DNA of 64,000 nucleotides from Takakia lepidozioides. Its lineage: Eukaryota; Plantae; Bryophyta. Below, one piece after another: positions 24,600 through 37,455 of this stretch. Each line of letters opens with the position of its first letter. Within the stretch, counting starts at the first letter, position 1. Both the position numbers and the translations under genes were made by a program. The stretch lies in NCBI GenBank assembly GCA_030704615.1, contig CM060731.1, positions 94,302,001 through 94,366,000 on the forward strand, given 5' to 3'. The notes beneath the pieces are model-generated. The model did no database searches. It was not told the origin of the DNA and saw only the letters and a program-made list of their open reading frames with translations.

Positions 24600-27500
24600 A
24601 TACACCCAAATGATAAACGAATATACCCAATAATCACCCCCCTTTCCTAACATTGGGCCCGTCTCGGGGCTAATGATAATATAACTTAATACGATCTCCA
24701 TTTATCCGGGTAGGTAGTGGAGCCCCATCCCAGGTAACCAATTGAACTGATCCATTAGAAAATACTTCTATGACTCGATAAGGTCCTAACCAACGCATTT
24801 TTAATTTCTCAGGAAATATCTGAAATCGACTATCATAAAGCAGTACTAAATCACCAACTTTAAAAAAATTAGGCTTCAACCGACTATCATAATAATCCTT
24901 ACGCCTCCTTTGGGTAACTTCAATGTTTTGTAACGCATGCCTACGAATTTCATCCAATTGTTCTAAGCGTATTAAACGGGCTTGTGAAGACTCGTCATCA
25001 GAAAGACGTTCAGCTATCGCAATGCGTAAGGTTGGGAGTTCCAATTCTATCGGTATGATAGCTTCCAATCCATAGACCAATTGGAATGGGGTATATCCTG
25101 TAGTCATTTTAAAAGCTGTTCGATATGCCCAAAGCGCACCAAAAAGTTTAGTGTGCCAATCAGTACCAACACCCATGACTGTGCGAGTTAAAATGCCGCA
25201 TAATAGCCCATTGGTTCGTTCTGTCTGTCCATTGGCTCGAGGATGATAAGGAGTAGTCTTTCGATGTTTAATCACATATCATTCTGTCAATTGAGCAATT
25301 GTAGCATTTAGGAAATGGGTACCACGATCGCTAATCAATTCCAATGGACAGCCAAATCTGGATATTATATTTTCATACAAAAATTGGGCTACAACTTTAG
25401 CAGTATCAGTTCGAGTGGCTTGAGCCTCAGCCCATTTTGTGACATATTCAGTAGCCACCAATATGTACCGTTTGTGTCCATTACGAGAAGCTGGAGCAAT
25501 GGGGCCTACAAAATCAATACCCCATTTCTCAAAAGGAGCTTGTGCTAAAATAGGAACCAATGGCATTGAACTGGAACGTATGGGTTTTCCAACTCGCTGA
25601 CACGCATCACATCTGCGCAAGCATCCTTGAACATTGTGGGCCACCAATATCCTGCCAATAAAGCCTTCCTTCCAGTAGAATCTCCTGCAAAATGGCCTCC
25701 ACACGCATCAGCATGGCAGCCTTCCAATACTGCTGGGACCTCTGTCGCCGTCACACAGCACCGCAACACTTGATCTTTCCCCAACTTGTATAAAGTACCA
25801 CCCAAGATTGTGTATGGCAACGCCTTCTCGACCAGTCGTCTCTGTTCTCTAAGAGATGACCCCTCTGGATACGCTTGAATCGATAAATAATTAAAAATAT
25901 CAGCATATTCACCGTTAATAACATCCACCACAAAAAGATCGGCATCTGGCAAAGCATCATCAATAGGCTCTACTCCAAGCTCTTGCGACAATTGACTTAA
26001 ATGATCAGCATTAAGGTGTTGTCGACCCGGACGAACAACCACTGTATATGTAAATTCTTGTAGCAATATAATCCATCGAGCAATCCTCCCACTCAATTGA
26101 GGTTTATTTACCAAATATTTTAAGGCATCATGATCAACATGGAAGACAAAGGGGTAACCCAATAAATAATGTCGAAACTTTTGAATGGAATAAATCATTC
26201 CTAAAGCTTCTCGTTCCCTGGTGGTATATTTAGTCTCAGCAACAACCATCTCCCTACTAGCAAAATAAATGGGGTGGTCAAAAGACTTCTCATCCTTTTG
26301 ACTCAAAATGCTTCCAATAGCATAGTTGGATGGATTAACATAAACTTGAAACTCTTTCTTCCAATCAGGCAGTACCAATATCGGAGCTTCGGTTAAACGA
26401 AGTTTAAGATCATGAAAAGCTTGGGTACAATCATCCGTCCATACAGGCTCTTCATCTTTTCGTAAAAGTTTTGTCAATGGGGAAGCTATGACAGCATACC
26501 TATAAATGAAACGACGGTAATGTCATGTGTGACCCAAAAAAGCTCTAACTTGAGTAACAGAATTAGGAATGGGCAATTGCACAATAATCTCCACCTTCTC
26601 CGGATCCATGGAAGTTCCATTGATTGACACAATATGGCCCAATAGTCTGCCCTTAGTAACCAAAAATTTGCATTTACCAGCATTAAGAGATATACCATAC
26701 TCCTTACATTTTTCAAAACACAATTGCAACATCTCTGCATGGGTACTTCGGCTACCATAAACACAAAATTCATCCAAGAAAATTTCCATAAACACCCTCA
26801 AATAATCTTGAAAAGCAGGGGTCATCACTCTTGAAATGTAGCTGGTGCATTGCATAGCCCAAAAGGCATTACCTTGTAGGCAAAAGTTCCCCAATCAGTA
26901 GTAAATGTGGTTTTGGGTCGATCGTCTTCTGCAATGGATATTTGGTTATATCCAGAGAACCCATCTAAGAAAGAATAGCACTCATGTCCAGCAACTGCAT
27001 CCAAAATACTATCAGTAAAAAGAAGAGGAAAATAGTCCTTTCTGGTAACTGCATTCAGCTTCCGAAAGTCTTGGCAAATCCTAATTTGTCCATTCTTCTT
27101 TGGCACCATGACAATTGGAGATACCCACTCACTATGGGGAACTGGGTAAATGAATCCCACCTTCAACAATTTATCCAATTCTTCCTTCACCATCAATGAA
27201 TATTTTGGGTTCAACCGGTGTTGTCTTTGTCTCATTGGAACTGCCCCTTCCTCCAAAATTATACGATGTTCGCAAATGGTCGGTGGAACACCCTTCAAAT
27301 TGGTGTAAGTCCATGCAAATGATTCTTTGTTAGAACGGAAGAACTCCTGCCAAAACTCTTCATTTGCCCCACCAATAATAGCTCCCACAAATATAAGGGC
27401 TCTTGACTCCGGCTTTCCTATGTCCAACTCAATAATGGCATCTTGCTTCTCCTTGACCACCAATGGACCTTCCGTCATCCCATAAATCATCAGAAACCTC

Positions 27501-30500
27501 CGAAGACTCCCAATCAGAATCTGTCCCCACCATTCTGACATTCATAGAATTTTGCCAATCTTGATTAGCATGGTCTGAATCTGAGGTGTTGCCTTGCTCT
27601 ATTTCAAAAAGGCCATTAGCAAAACAATTATACGATCGACCACTTCTCGTGTACTTAGGCAAAGTGCCTCCCCTTGTAAAGTAATCATGGGGAGTTCCTG
27701 GCCGATCTTCATCCTCCTCTTCACTCTCCTCTTCAGGTTCTGAGGTAAATGGTGACCCTTCATCTGCGTTTCCCCCCTTGGGTACATTTGCAAAACTATT
27801 TTATCCGCCCCTTTACCAATTGTCAGAGTCCCTTTGCCCCAATCATTCTTTGCACCAGCCATATAAAGCCATGGTCTCCCCAACAATATTGGGTAAGAGG
27901 ATGCAGAAGCCCGAAGCCCGAAGACAATATAATCCACCTTGTACATTATTCTACCTATACAAGTGGGTACCACCTTCAGCGCTCCCATGGGTCTCACTCG
28001 ACTCTGGTCCGCAATTCTGAGGACTAACTTAGTGGGTTCTAATCCTCTGAGTCCCAACTCCTCCATAGTGTCAGCACTCATCAAACTGACACTCGAGCCT
28101 CCGTCAACTTGAACGCCTGTAATGACAACTCCATCTATAGTAACATCGACAGTCAGAGAACCTGGGTCAGAATCAGGTTTCAATGCCACCTCATTCACTT
28201 CCACAATTCGGGACCTTCTTCTCACTAGCGCCGACTTCATTGCCGAACGACAACCTGGGGAAACAGCAAGCAATTGTCACAATGAAATATTGCCGCAGAG
28301 TATTAAAGTTATGAAGAATATCATAAGCCTCCATATTCTCCGATATCCCTAAGACTTTTCAATCTTTTCGTCCCCACTTTTGTTCTGAAACGTCGACCGC
28401 CTACAATACCCAACCTTGGTACATGAGCTCTCATCAAATTGTCCAATACGGGTGGTTTTACAACCTCCGGAGTAGGTGTAGGTTGACCGTTTCTCTTCTC
28501 TTCTCCCTCTTTTTTTCCTTTCATAGGAAGGTCAAATCGTATTGTCTTCCGCCCAGTAGATTGATTAGAAACTTGCTTCCTCATCTGTACATCCGCGTCC
28601 AACATAGAGGAAGGTCTATCCGATTTAGGAGAGGAACCATCTAATAGGGGAGGTAACTCATCCACTTGTGGAGTGTCTCCATCGACCAATATATGGGGTC
28701 CAAATGTACTAGGAGAAGGTTCATCCAATTTACGCAAAACCTCATCTACTGGATGATGTAATCATTCAAAAATTGATGTTACTTTATTCAATTTAGGCGC
28801 ACTCCCTTCCCCGTGCTCTTCCGTCAACCGATTATAGGGTCGAGCCCTCTTCTGTCTGCGGGTCAACACCGTATGTATGGGATACTGCTTCTCCACTTGT
28901 GTAAGGAAGTCGTCCTCCAACTTCTCCTTCCCCTTTCTTCGATCATAGGCACACCTCATCTCTGCAACCAATTCAATCCTCCACACATCGACACCAGTTC
29001 GAGCAGTAGTTGGTGGATTCGATGAGGTGGAATGTAAAGGCGAAGTCCCCAAGGTTTCTGTCGCCGGATACGGTCTCGGCTGAACAACTGGAGTTGCTGC
29101 TCTACAGTTATTAGCCGTATGACCTTGCAATCCACACCTTCCACAAAGAGGCATGTACTCTTCTTGCACTCTCGGGTTGGGGCATTCATTCGCATAATGT
29201 CCTATTTCGTGACAACAATAACACACAAGATATTGGCCATTCCTGGTCCGCCTCACAGGTCCTCCATACTGAGTGTACAGTTGCTGCTCTCCTTGTTGTG
29301 GATTCTCCGGTTGTTGAAATGGAGCTCCTCTCCAAACTGGTGGTCTATTAAGTTGACTTGGAGATTGTGTCCAATTATTGGGCGGTTGGTTCTGCCGAAA
29401 GTTGCCTCCCATTTGTGGGCCTTGGGTCTGTCTTTGCCAATTTCCGGAGGTCTGAACTCCAACCTGATTGACACCCCAACCAGCTGCCTGTTGATCAGCC
29501 TTTTGATTATTAGATTTGTCCGGTTGCATTCCCATCGCAGCCTTAAGATGCCAACACTGCAGCATAGAATGATGTTTCCCGCAATACCCGCATTTATCAA
29601 GCTCCGCATTGGCAGCAATAGCAGGTGAAGGGCATTCTGTAGCAATATGACCATAGCCTTTACAATTCCCACACCAAGAATTTGGCCTTTGATTATTGGA
29701 TTTGGGTCGGCCTTCTCTCTTCTCGGCCATTTTCACCTCCAATTCTCCAAACTTCTTGGCCAATGCCATAATTGCATCTTCCTGCGACCCTGGGGCTGGT
29801 AAAGCTAAAATTTTGGGCGTTCTCTCCTGCACCAAAACTGGAGCATACATGCCTACCGCTTCAGGCTGGTACGTAGTTTGGGGATAAGCACTTGCCAAAG
29901 GCGCAACTATTACTGGATCCCACGAGCTAGTAATCATAGAGGGTTGGCTTACAGGCAGATAGTGTGTGGTAACATGCACCGTCTCCCATAACTTAGCCCG
30001 ATTAATCGATGCTTGAAGATCTGCTGGCACAGACTCCTTCACAAATCTAATCAATTCTGTGGGCCTCAATCCCTCAATGAATAATCCCATCTGCATATGG
30101 TCAGGGATGGCATGGTTATTCCATCTCCGGAGTATGTCTTCCAATCTCCCAGCATATGAATCAACAGATTCACCCGGGGTCATTTGAATTTTAGTCAGCT
30201 GCTCTCTCAGCCGATCCGCAAATCCCAATGGCCGAAATTGTGTCACAAAAGCAACTCTCAATGCATTCCAATTAGCAAAGCCTCCATGTGGTTGTCGGTC
30301 ATACCATTGAAAAGCCAATTCTCGCAAAGTAGCAGGAAAAATCTTCCGCCAGTGCTCATCAGTTATTGCATTATTGGCTCTACAGGCTGTGATAAATTGG
30401 GCCAAATGAGCATCAGGATCCGATCCTTGTCGACCAGTAAAAGAAGGCATATGGGCAATACTACTGATTCTATCATCGGCGTGGCCAAGATTAATAACTA

Positions 30501-31545
30501 TAGGCACCGATTGAAGAGCAGCTGGAATGGGAGCTCCTGCCATAGCTATTACTGGAAGAGGTGTACTAAATATGGAAGGCAAGGAATAAGGAGATGGTTG
30601 CTTAGATTGTTGCAGCCTCTGCTACTGCTGCTGCTGCCTTCTAGCCCGCACTAGAGCCCTATCAGCTCTCGCCTTCGCCTGATGAGCTGCTCTCGTTGGA
30701 GACTTCTTCAAACCCCATCATTCTCTTCTACTTACTTCCACATAAACTCTGAATCGGGCCAGCCCTCCTTCAACTTACGCCTCTTTCTTCTCCTTGACAC
30801 CCACTTTGGATTCCTCTTGATTTGATTGATTCACCAATATTTCACCAATAAAATAACACAATTAATTATTCAATTCTCCTTCTCCATAGTCAATTTCTTC
30901 TCCAATAATCTCAATATCACTCCTTCGAATTAATATGAAACATCTCTTCATTTACTTCGTAGAATCATTCAACCAAATCCACTTGACAAAATTCAATCCA
31001 ACTCTTATAAAAATAATTGCTTTACTTCTCTCTCCTTCACACATCATTAAATAATATAGAGCCTTCTCTCTCAGGTCTCTGGAATCACTATCATCTCTAG
31101 AATTACTAAATCTCTATTGCTAAGAATTGGAAACAACAGACTAGCCTCGTAGTGCTAGGGCCAGGGCACTCTTGCTCAAATGACCACTTTTCTCTCACAT
31201 TCACCCTTTTTATATCACTACTCTGGATTCATCGTGTTCAGCCAAATCTCCCAATTCTAACTACCCAATTCTAACTTCCCAATTCTAATTCTAACTACCC
31301 AATTATTCATCCCATTATCCATCCCATTATCCACCCCATTCTAAGTCTGACTTACAATTTATCATCTAATTTTATTTTGTCCATCCCTAATTTTTCATCC
31401 AATTCTACATCCCATTCTACCCAATTTACATCCAATTGGATGATTTTGCAATTTTACTCAATAAAAACCCAAATAATTCTATATTCATATTCAAATGTCT
31501 TCTACTTAGCTTTCTAAACATTGTTCTAACAAAATAGAAAAATAA
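24600..31545 (-). mobile_element. Ty3/gypsy LTR retrotransposon internal region (non-chromovirus type), decayed, LTRs not found
   Basis: gag 30582-28762; protease VQVDGGSSV (28273-27599); RT SEWVSPIVMVPKK, LDGFSGYNQI, MPFGLCNAPATF, FLDEF; RNase H (26477-); integrase CHADACGGHF/CDAC, WGIDFVGP, SDRGTHF, NGQTERTN, WLGPY; purine-rich aggaaagggggtga after the stop. Confidence 0.93.
28762..30582 (-). CDS. Retrotransposon Gag (606 aa open frame) with four Cys/His zinc-knuckle motifs
   Basis: FPATLRELAFQWY and QMTPGESVDSY capsid motifs; CGNCKGYGHIATEC, CGYCGKHHSMLQC, CYCCHEIGHYANEC, CGRCGLQGHTANNC. Confidence 0.85.
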   Translation of the reverse strand: MPSIFSTPLPVIAMAGAPIPAALQSVPIVINLGHADDRISSIAHMPSFTGRQGSDPDAHLAQFITACRANNAITDEHWRKIFPATLRELAFQWYDRQPHGGFANWNALRVAFVTQFRPLGFADRLREQLTKIQMTPGESVDSYAGRLEDILRRWNNHAIPDHMQMGLFIEGLRPTELIRFVKESVPADLQASINRAKLWETVHVTTHYLPVSQPSMITSSWDPVIVAPLASAYPQTTYQPEAVGMYAPVLVQERTPKILALPAPGSQEDAIMALAKKFGELEVKMAEKREGRPKSNNQRPNSWCGNCKGYGHIATECPSPAIAANAELDKCGYCGKHHSMLQCWHLKAAMGMQPDKSNNQKADQQAAGWGVNQVGVQTSGNWQRQTQGPQMGGNFRQNQPPNNWTQSPSQLNRPPVWRGAPFQQPENPQQGEQQLYTQYGGPVRRTRNGQYLVCYCCHEIGHYANECPNPRVQEEYMPLCGRCGLQGHTANNCRAATPVVQPRPYPATETLGTSPLHSTSSNPPTTARTGVDVWRIELVAEMRCAYDRRKGKEKLEDDFLTQVEKQYPIHTVLTRRQKRARPYNRLTEEHGEGSAPKLNKVTSIFE

Positions 31546-31548
31546 CTA

Positions 31549-33820
31549 TTATTCTACAGAATCAGATTTGGTTCTCAATATTTCAGGCTTTATTTCGACC
31601 ACATTCAAAGGATATATCCACCATGGATTGGAACTACTTCTATGAGCTGAGGGATCCAGAAACATTAAAGCATTTCCTGCATTAAGCCAGCATATGTCAT
31701 CAATGTAACGGAAAGCTGATTCGAACTTTGCCATCAGCTGTAATTCCCCGAGTGTAGCCAATCTTAAGACGAACCGGATTTCATAGGATAAAAAATTTAT
31801 ATTGCACCATAAAGGTGAGCAAGAAAAGCCCATAGGGATACCTAATATTTGCTGCCATACCCGGTCCCCCAAAGCTACGAAGCAGTGGGACATCAACCAG
31901 CCGTGGAGCTCGAGCAACCTTGCTTCAGACAGCTTGATCCAACTGCCAGGTTTAGGGGAAGTAGGTCCCCACCTACACTTCCCAAATTTTCCTTCATTTG
32001 TTTGGATCCATAAAACATGTTGGGACCTAGGTCGAGATGTGTGGTATTGCTTAAAGGCAATTTTAATCACATAAGCAATGGCTGCACCTATGTTATCCTC
32101 TCCTGTCAAGGGTATATTCTCATAGCATTGGGTGATGTCAGCCACAAATATGTTATGAACCTTGTCAGGTATATTCAAGGTAAAGTCCGTAATGTTGTCT
32201 ATGATCCAGTACATAGACGTAGAGACCTTAAAGAATGTTTTTATAAGTGTCCAGCTTCATTTTTACCCACTCTTTCACAAGTGGCAAAAGAGTCATAGTG
32301 GCACAAGTAAGTAAACTTGCTAGCCCACTAAAAATGCACTTGTGGGCATTAGTGATCCACCGGTATTTTTTCTTGTGTAATTTATAGATCCGCATGATAT
32401 ATGGTAGATCAGAAATTTCAGTGGATAGCTCAGGAATCATCCTTTCTAATTCATTAGTCAAGGAATTCCTGATTTCTGTGGGTGGAGTCCATACCTCATT
32501 TTTGATGCATGGCTTAAAATCCTTACCCATCAGCCTGTGAAAAGCTTGTGTTCTGATATGCTTCACACACATGAAACATACATTATTGTTAGCTTTGTCC
32601 AAGCTTGACATATACAGATGACTTCGAAGCTAGTTCGTCTTGGGCATCTGCCATCTCAAGGGTATTCTTCTTGTGTTGCGAGAAGTGTCCCTTGTATGTT
32701 TTTTTCTTTAATCTGTCCCAGCAGGTTTGCTTGAGCCATTCATGGCATTCAAATACCCAGGGATCAGATTCTAATACATCCAATATTTCACATGTTTTCC
32801 AAAAAGCTAGAGATACTTCCTCTACTATCTCTTTCAGCATAGTTTTTCTCAAAGGGATGTGATTCATACCTAGCCCAAATAGCTTTCTCAAACCATGATG
32901 TCGGATAATGGTGAGGTCCATTGTTCGTACATGTTGAGTGTGAGAGTCACCAGGCATGTGGAATTCTGCCAGTGTATCACTGTCCCAGAAATTTTTAAAC
33001 CTATTGGTGCTTTCACATAGACATGGATGATTGGGTGTCATATCTTGTGAGAAACTGAAGTTACGGAAGACGGAAGACAGAAGCAGGCTGGTAGTAATCC
33101 AGATTACACTGCTTGTGGTAAGTCCATCCAAACACAACATCATCAAGCAATAGGCATAAACCAGGCTGTTCAAAAAATTCCAAAGCTTCTTTGATGAGAC
33201 CTTTGGCACTGACCCATTCCATCCCTCTGTTGGGATAGAGCATATGAACATATCCCAAAGGAGCAGGTTTTTTAGTGTGTGTGAGAAACCGTCTACCATG
33301 TGTATGGTGATCAATTACTCTGGTTTTTTGTTCCTCCATCACAACCAAATCTGCATTCAAGGGAAAGAGTATGTACCATCAGCATGCACTTAGAGAATTG
33401 CTTAACAAGGGCGAATTTCCCTTTTATGTGCTTGGTTCGGTGCGAGCCAAGTCTGCCAACATTGTCCATAGGGTTGGAATTTTCCAGAATCCGAAACGGT
33501 TTTCTTACATGGCATTCTATTCCAAAATCAAGGCCAGACGGAGCGTTGGCCTTATTATGTACTTTTCAACCTCTTTTCCAAAACGTGACCGCTTTACCCA
33601 CTCTGAAATAGTAAGGATTTAAAGCATCAAAAGTGGATTGTAATCACCTGGTTCAGGGGTTGTTGTCTCAAGTACTTGTTCAGTATCTTGGGAATCTGGT
33701 GGCGTTGTATGCGCCAACACTGCCTGAATTGCAGGGATCGTAAGGGGCAACGGGGGCTGGTACCCCAAACTCTGCATCTCGTCAATCCACTCCGGGTTGG
33801 TCATGATGGATTTCTGCAAA
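31549..33820 (-). mobile_element. Penelope-like retroelement RT (Naiad/Chlamys-like), decayed and truncated at both ends
   Basis: HVRTMDLTII..LRKLF, LDKANNNVCFMC, LPYIMRIYKLHK, YWIIDN, ADITQCYENIP, QQILGIPMGFSCSP, FRYIDDI. Confidence 0.8.
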
Positions 33821-35939
33821 AAAAAATAATGTTAGTGTGTTCTCTTGGAGACAAACAACATCACAGGGTATGCTGGAAGTTCAGCATGATAGTAAATGGA
33901 TAGTGTATGCAAAAACCACTAAGCATACTGGACAAGCAGAGAGGGAAGATACTTTTTGTCATGTCAAGACAAAGACAAGACCCCTAGGGTCGTTGTCAGG
34001 AAGAAGAAGAATAATCAGACATATCAGCCACTTAACAGTGGCACCATCCATCAATCATCAAGCTAGAAAATCCAGAATTACCTCCATGCACAGTAATGTG
34101 TTCATGTCAGTAATATTCATAACCCAGAGAGTACTTCAACAATACTGATTGATCACCAGTCATGATCAGGATACACATTCAGAGGTCTGGGTGGGATGGC
34201 GGGTACTTGGCCATATTTTGGCCTTGATGTGTTGCAGGTCAAATGGTCATACAGATTTACAATCCAGGTTGATTGATGTCCGCAAGCTGGAATCCAAGTA
34301 TACTTACTCAAACCCCATGGGTGTCATGGAGGGTTTTAAAAAAAAAACAAAAAACTTGGGTACCTCAGATTTAAATATCTTGCCCTGCCCGTATTTGTTT
34401 AAATTGGTCTGCAGCACAGCTTGCCCCCGCAGGGGAGGGGGACATGTCTGGTTAATTTTCTAGATCATCCCTATACCATTATTTCTTACTACAGCTGAAA
34501 ATCAAAAGTTCATGACACAGCAAAGCAAGTATAAGGCACTGCATACATATCCTATGACAGTACATGACATTGCCAACACACCTTATTCACATCGTACCAC
34601 ATTTGACCATGTCATTACACCATGCCCAGGGAGTATTTCCACTTAACCTCCCTGGTTGCCTCAATATATATATATATATATATTCGTTCTATAACGCTCA
34701 AAGCCTGCTTTTACGGAGTTAATATAACGAATAAAAAGAATTAAAAACCAGTCACCAAATATATTGCTGCCATTTTTCATTGTCAGGCGAGTGGCCACAA
34801 GCAGAAACTTCACCATACCCCGACCTAAGCATCTAGCTAAAAAAACCATCTGGGTTGAAACACAACAGGGGTATTTTACCATTATGGGTACCCAAGTGGC
34901 TGCAGCAAAAAGTTCCTTGCAGCCCCCCCTTTCTTTTCAACTACCATAAGGCAAGCAAAGCAAAGTAGGGCCCGAGAAACAGATGTGTGTCCTACACAAG
35001 CCATCATAAACTCGGTTGTCACAACAAAGCAAAGGTCTTCCATTGGCTGGGCAGGAGTAACCCACCCTAAACAACACTAATCTTGTTCTTCATAGATAAA
35101 AGAAAGAGGTAGGATCAAGAAAAACCATAGAGTGTTTAGTTTTTCAACATTTTAAGATGAATCCATGGCCAGCAACCCCTTCCACAGCTCTGCAACCCAC
35201 TTGGCATCCAGCAGCACCTAGACATCAGCATATTAAGTGGAAGCCCTCCCCTGTGCCCGTCCCAAAAACAACCACAAAGCATTGTGAGTTAGTGAGGTGC
35301 ACGAGGTGAATGGCAGGCTTCCACACTTGCTATCGAGGTCAAATACACATGAATCTAAGTACACAGAATGCCAAAGAAAGCAGGGAAGCAAGACGACAAA
35401 AAATAAATAAATAAATAAATAAATTACTGTTTGGGGGATGGTCGTCATCTCTCCTCAAACCCAGCCGTGCGGGGAGGTCTCCACCAACACCACAACACTG
35501 CTACCTTAACCAAAGCAAAGCATTGCCAAGTACAAGAGCAAAAAAAAACTTTGTCTTATTAGGTAGGGTTTATAAGGGGGGAGAGAGACTTCCTTGTTCT
35601 ACCAGGACGCCGCCATTCATCAAGGATCCAGAGGGAGGGCTCTTAGGGAAACTCCACAACCAGGCAGGCGGTACCTCCGCCATCACTGCCTATGTTCCCT
35701 TGAGCAGCAAAAAAACAGACAGACGAGGCAGTGAATCTTCCCTCATCTCTAAGCCACCGCCATCGCCTTAAAAAGCCCGCAAAGGCGGCGGCCACAAGAG
35801 CCTTAAATACTCCAGGGATCGGCAGCTAACAAGGTCTATAGCACGAGCACCATCGCCACCTCCAAGCCGCCATCGCGCGCACTCTCGCAGCGCAAAAGAA
35901 AGAAACTAGGGTTGCCCAGGGCCTTACCCTATCCGGCTT

Positions 35940-36380
35940 GTCATTCATCCCTTTCTAGGATGAAAAACATCCACCAAAACTTTACACCCGACGGACGCTG
36001 TCCGTTTCCCATCCAGGGAAGATGAAAAAAATCGGGTGTTCATCCTCTGCCTTGAACCCGACGGATGGGGTCTGTTTTCCATCCAGGTTAGATGAAAAAA
36101 ATCGGGGCTTTTACATTCATTTATACCTGTCTTGAACCCGACAGACGTAGTCCATTTCCCATCCAGGGTGGATGAAAAAATAGGTGCTTCATAATCATCC
36201 ATAGGTATTTTGGTCAAAGTCCATTTTTCATCCAAGGTGGATGAAAAATGACGGGTACTTCAAGTCCGGATGATATCTGGATAGGTTAGGATGAAAACAT
36301 CATAGGTATTAATGAAAAAAATTTCACCAGGAGAGAAGGATGGATTTTGGATGAAAATCATCCAGATTCCCTGCAACCCA
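35940..36380. repeat. Array of palindromic catcca..tggatgaaaaa units (probable non-autonomous DNA transposon subterminal region)
   Basis: About 8 GATGAAAA copies; 70-80-bp units with cccgacggac...tttcccatccagg. Confidence 0.6.
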
Positions 36381-36465
36381 GATTTTAATTTTTCCAAGAT
36401 GGAATTTGGGACAATAATTCCATGAACCCAGTTTTCAGAAGGAGAGAGAGGGAGCACCAAAACAA

Positions 36466-36574
36466 AACCACACAACACATGTGCACACCACACTAGCATA
36501 CCACTAGTCCACCACTAGTCCAACCACTAGGCTGCCACTATGCTGCCCACTATGGCAGTCACTAGTCCACCACA
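36466..36574 (-). repeat. Second partial LTR (U3 start) joined head-to-tail to the full LTR
   Basis: Matches 36947-37047 with one ~11-bp indel; junction CA-AT-TG. Confidence 0.8.
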
Positions 36575-36576
36575 AT

Positions 36577-37047
36577 TGATAAATATGAAGAATACACACA
36601 AGCTCATGCGAGCTCACAAAGCTGAAGCATAAATTCATGTATGTAAAATCGTCACTCAAATACAAGTCAAGCCAAGTGCACCCCACGCCATGGGGAATCC
36701 ACACTACGGCGCCATAGCTAGACGCAGTGAGGCTCAACTCGAGAAAGATGAGCCTCCCCGCGCTTGCCGTGAAGATAACCACTCCAGGGCCTAAATCTGC
36801 CTTGACCCCTGGATTGACACTTGGGCCAATCCCAAATATCAATATGTAAAAGCTAGCTATTTCCTAGCTAGTTTCACACTAGTGGTGAAATAACTTGACA
36901 GCTGTTGTGCGCATACATATCGCTACACAACTACATCGCTGTCCACAACCACACAACACATGTGCACACCACACACTAGTATACCACTAGTCCAGCCACT
37001 AGTCCAACCATTATGCTGCCCACTATGGCAGTCACTAGTCCACCACA
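36577..37047 (-). repeat. 3' LTR (471 bp) of the DNMT/PHD gypsy element
   Basis: Minus strand: PPT AGGGGGGCG-AT, then TGTGGTGG (37047) ... ATTTATCA (36577); TG...CA ends. Confidence 0.8.
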
Positions 37048-37307
37048 ATCGCCCCCCTAGCTGGTACTTAGGTCCCTCTAAGTCCAGGTAGCCACAAGAT
37101 TCGATAGTGACCCTAGCCTGACAAAGTCCTCCACCACTGTCCCTACTACACTCAAACTCAATAGATCAAGAGGCCGGGTGCAAGAGTTGCCCCATCGTTA
37201 ATCGCCGTCTTGCAACCTGTGAACTTGAGCCCGGGATCTCGTGTATTGACTCCTATGAGCTTGGCCGCCCATGTCTTGTTAGCTGTCACTGGTCATATCC
37301 ACTGCCA

Positions 37308-37455
37308 CTATCCCAAGCAGTGTGGACATAACCAATCTCCATCAGGAACCTTCTCAAGAGGTGGTGTCAAGCATCCTATGTGCCAACCTCTTGAGCATCG
37401 GTCACATACCAGCATAGTGGCTGCCCCTTTGGCAGACCCACACAACATGCAACTC
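37308..37455 (-). other. PHD zinc finger at integrase C-terminus
   Basis: CMLC...MLVCDRCSRGWHIGCLTPPLEKVPDGDWLCPHC (C4HC3). Confidence 0.92.

Noticed and set aside
23945-34000. ~70-bp direct repeat (23945-24010, 33935-34000) flanking the gypsy + PLE block as LTRs
   Set aside because: Short, diverged, lacks TG..CA ends and is not adjacent to a PPT/PBS.
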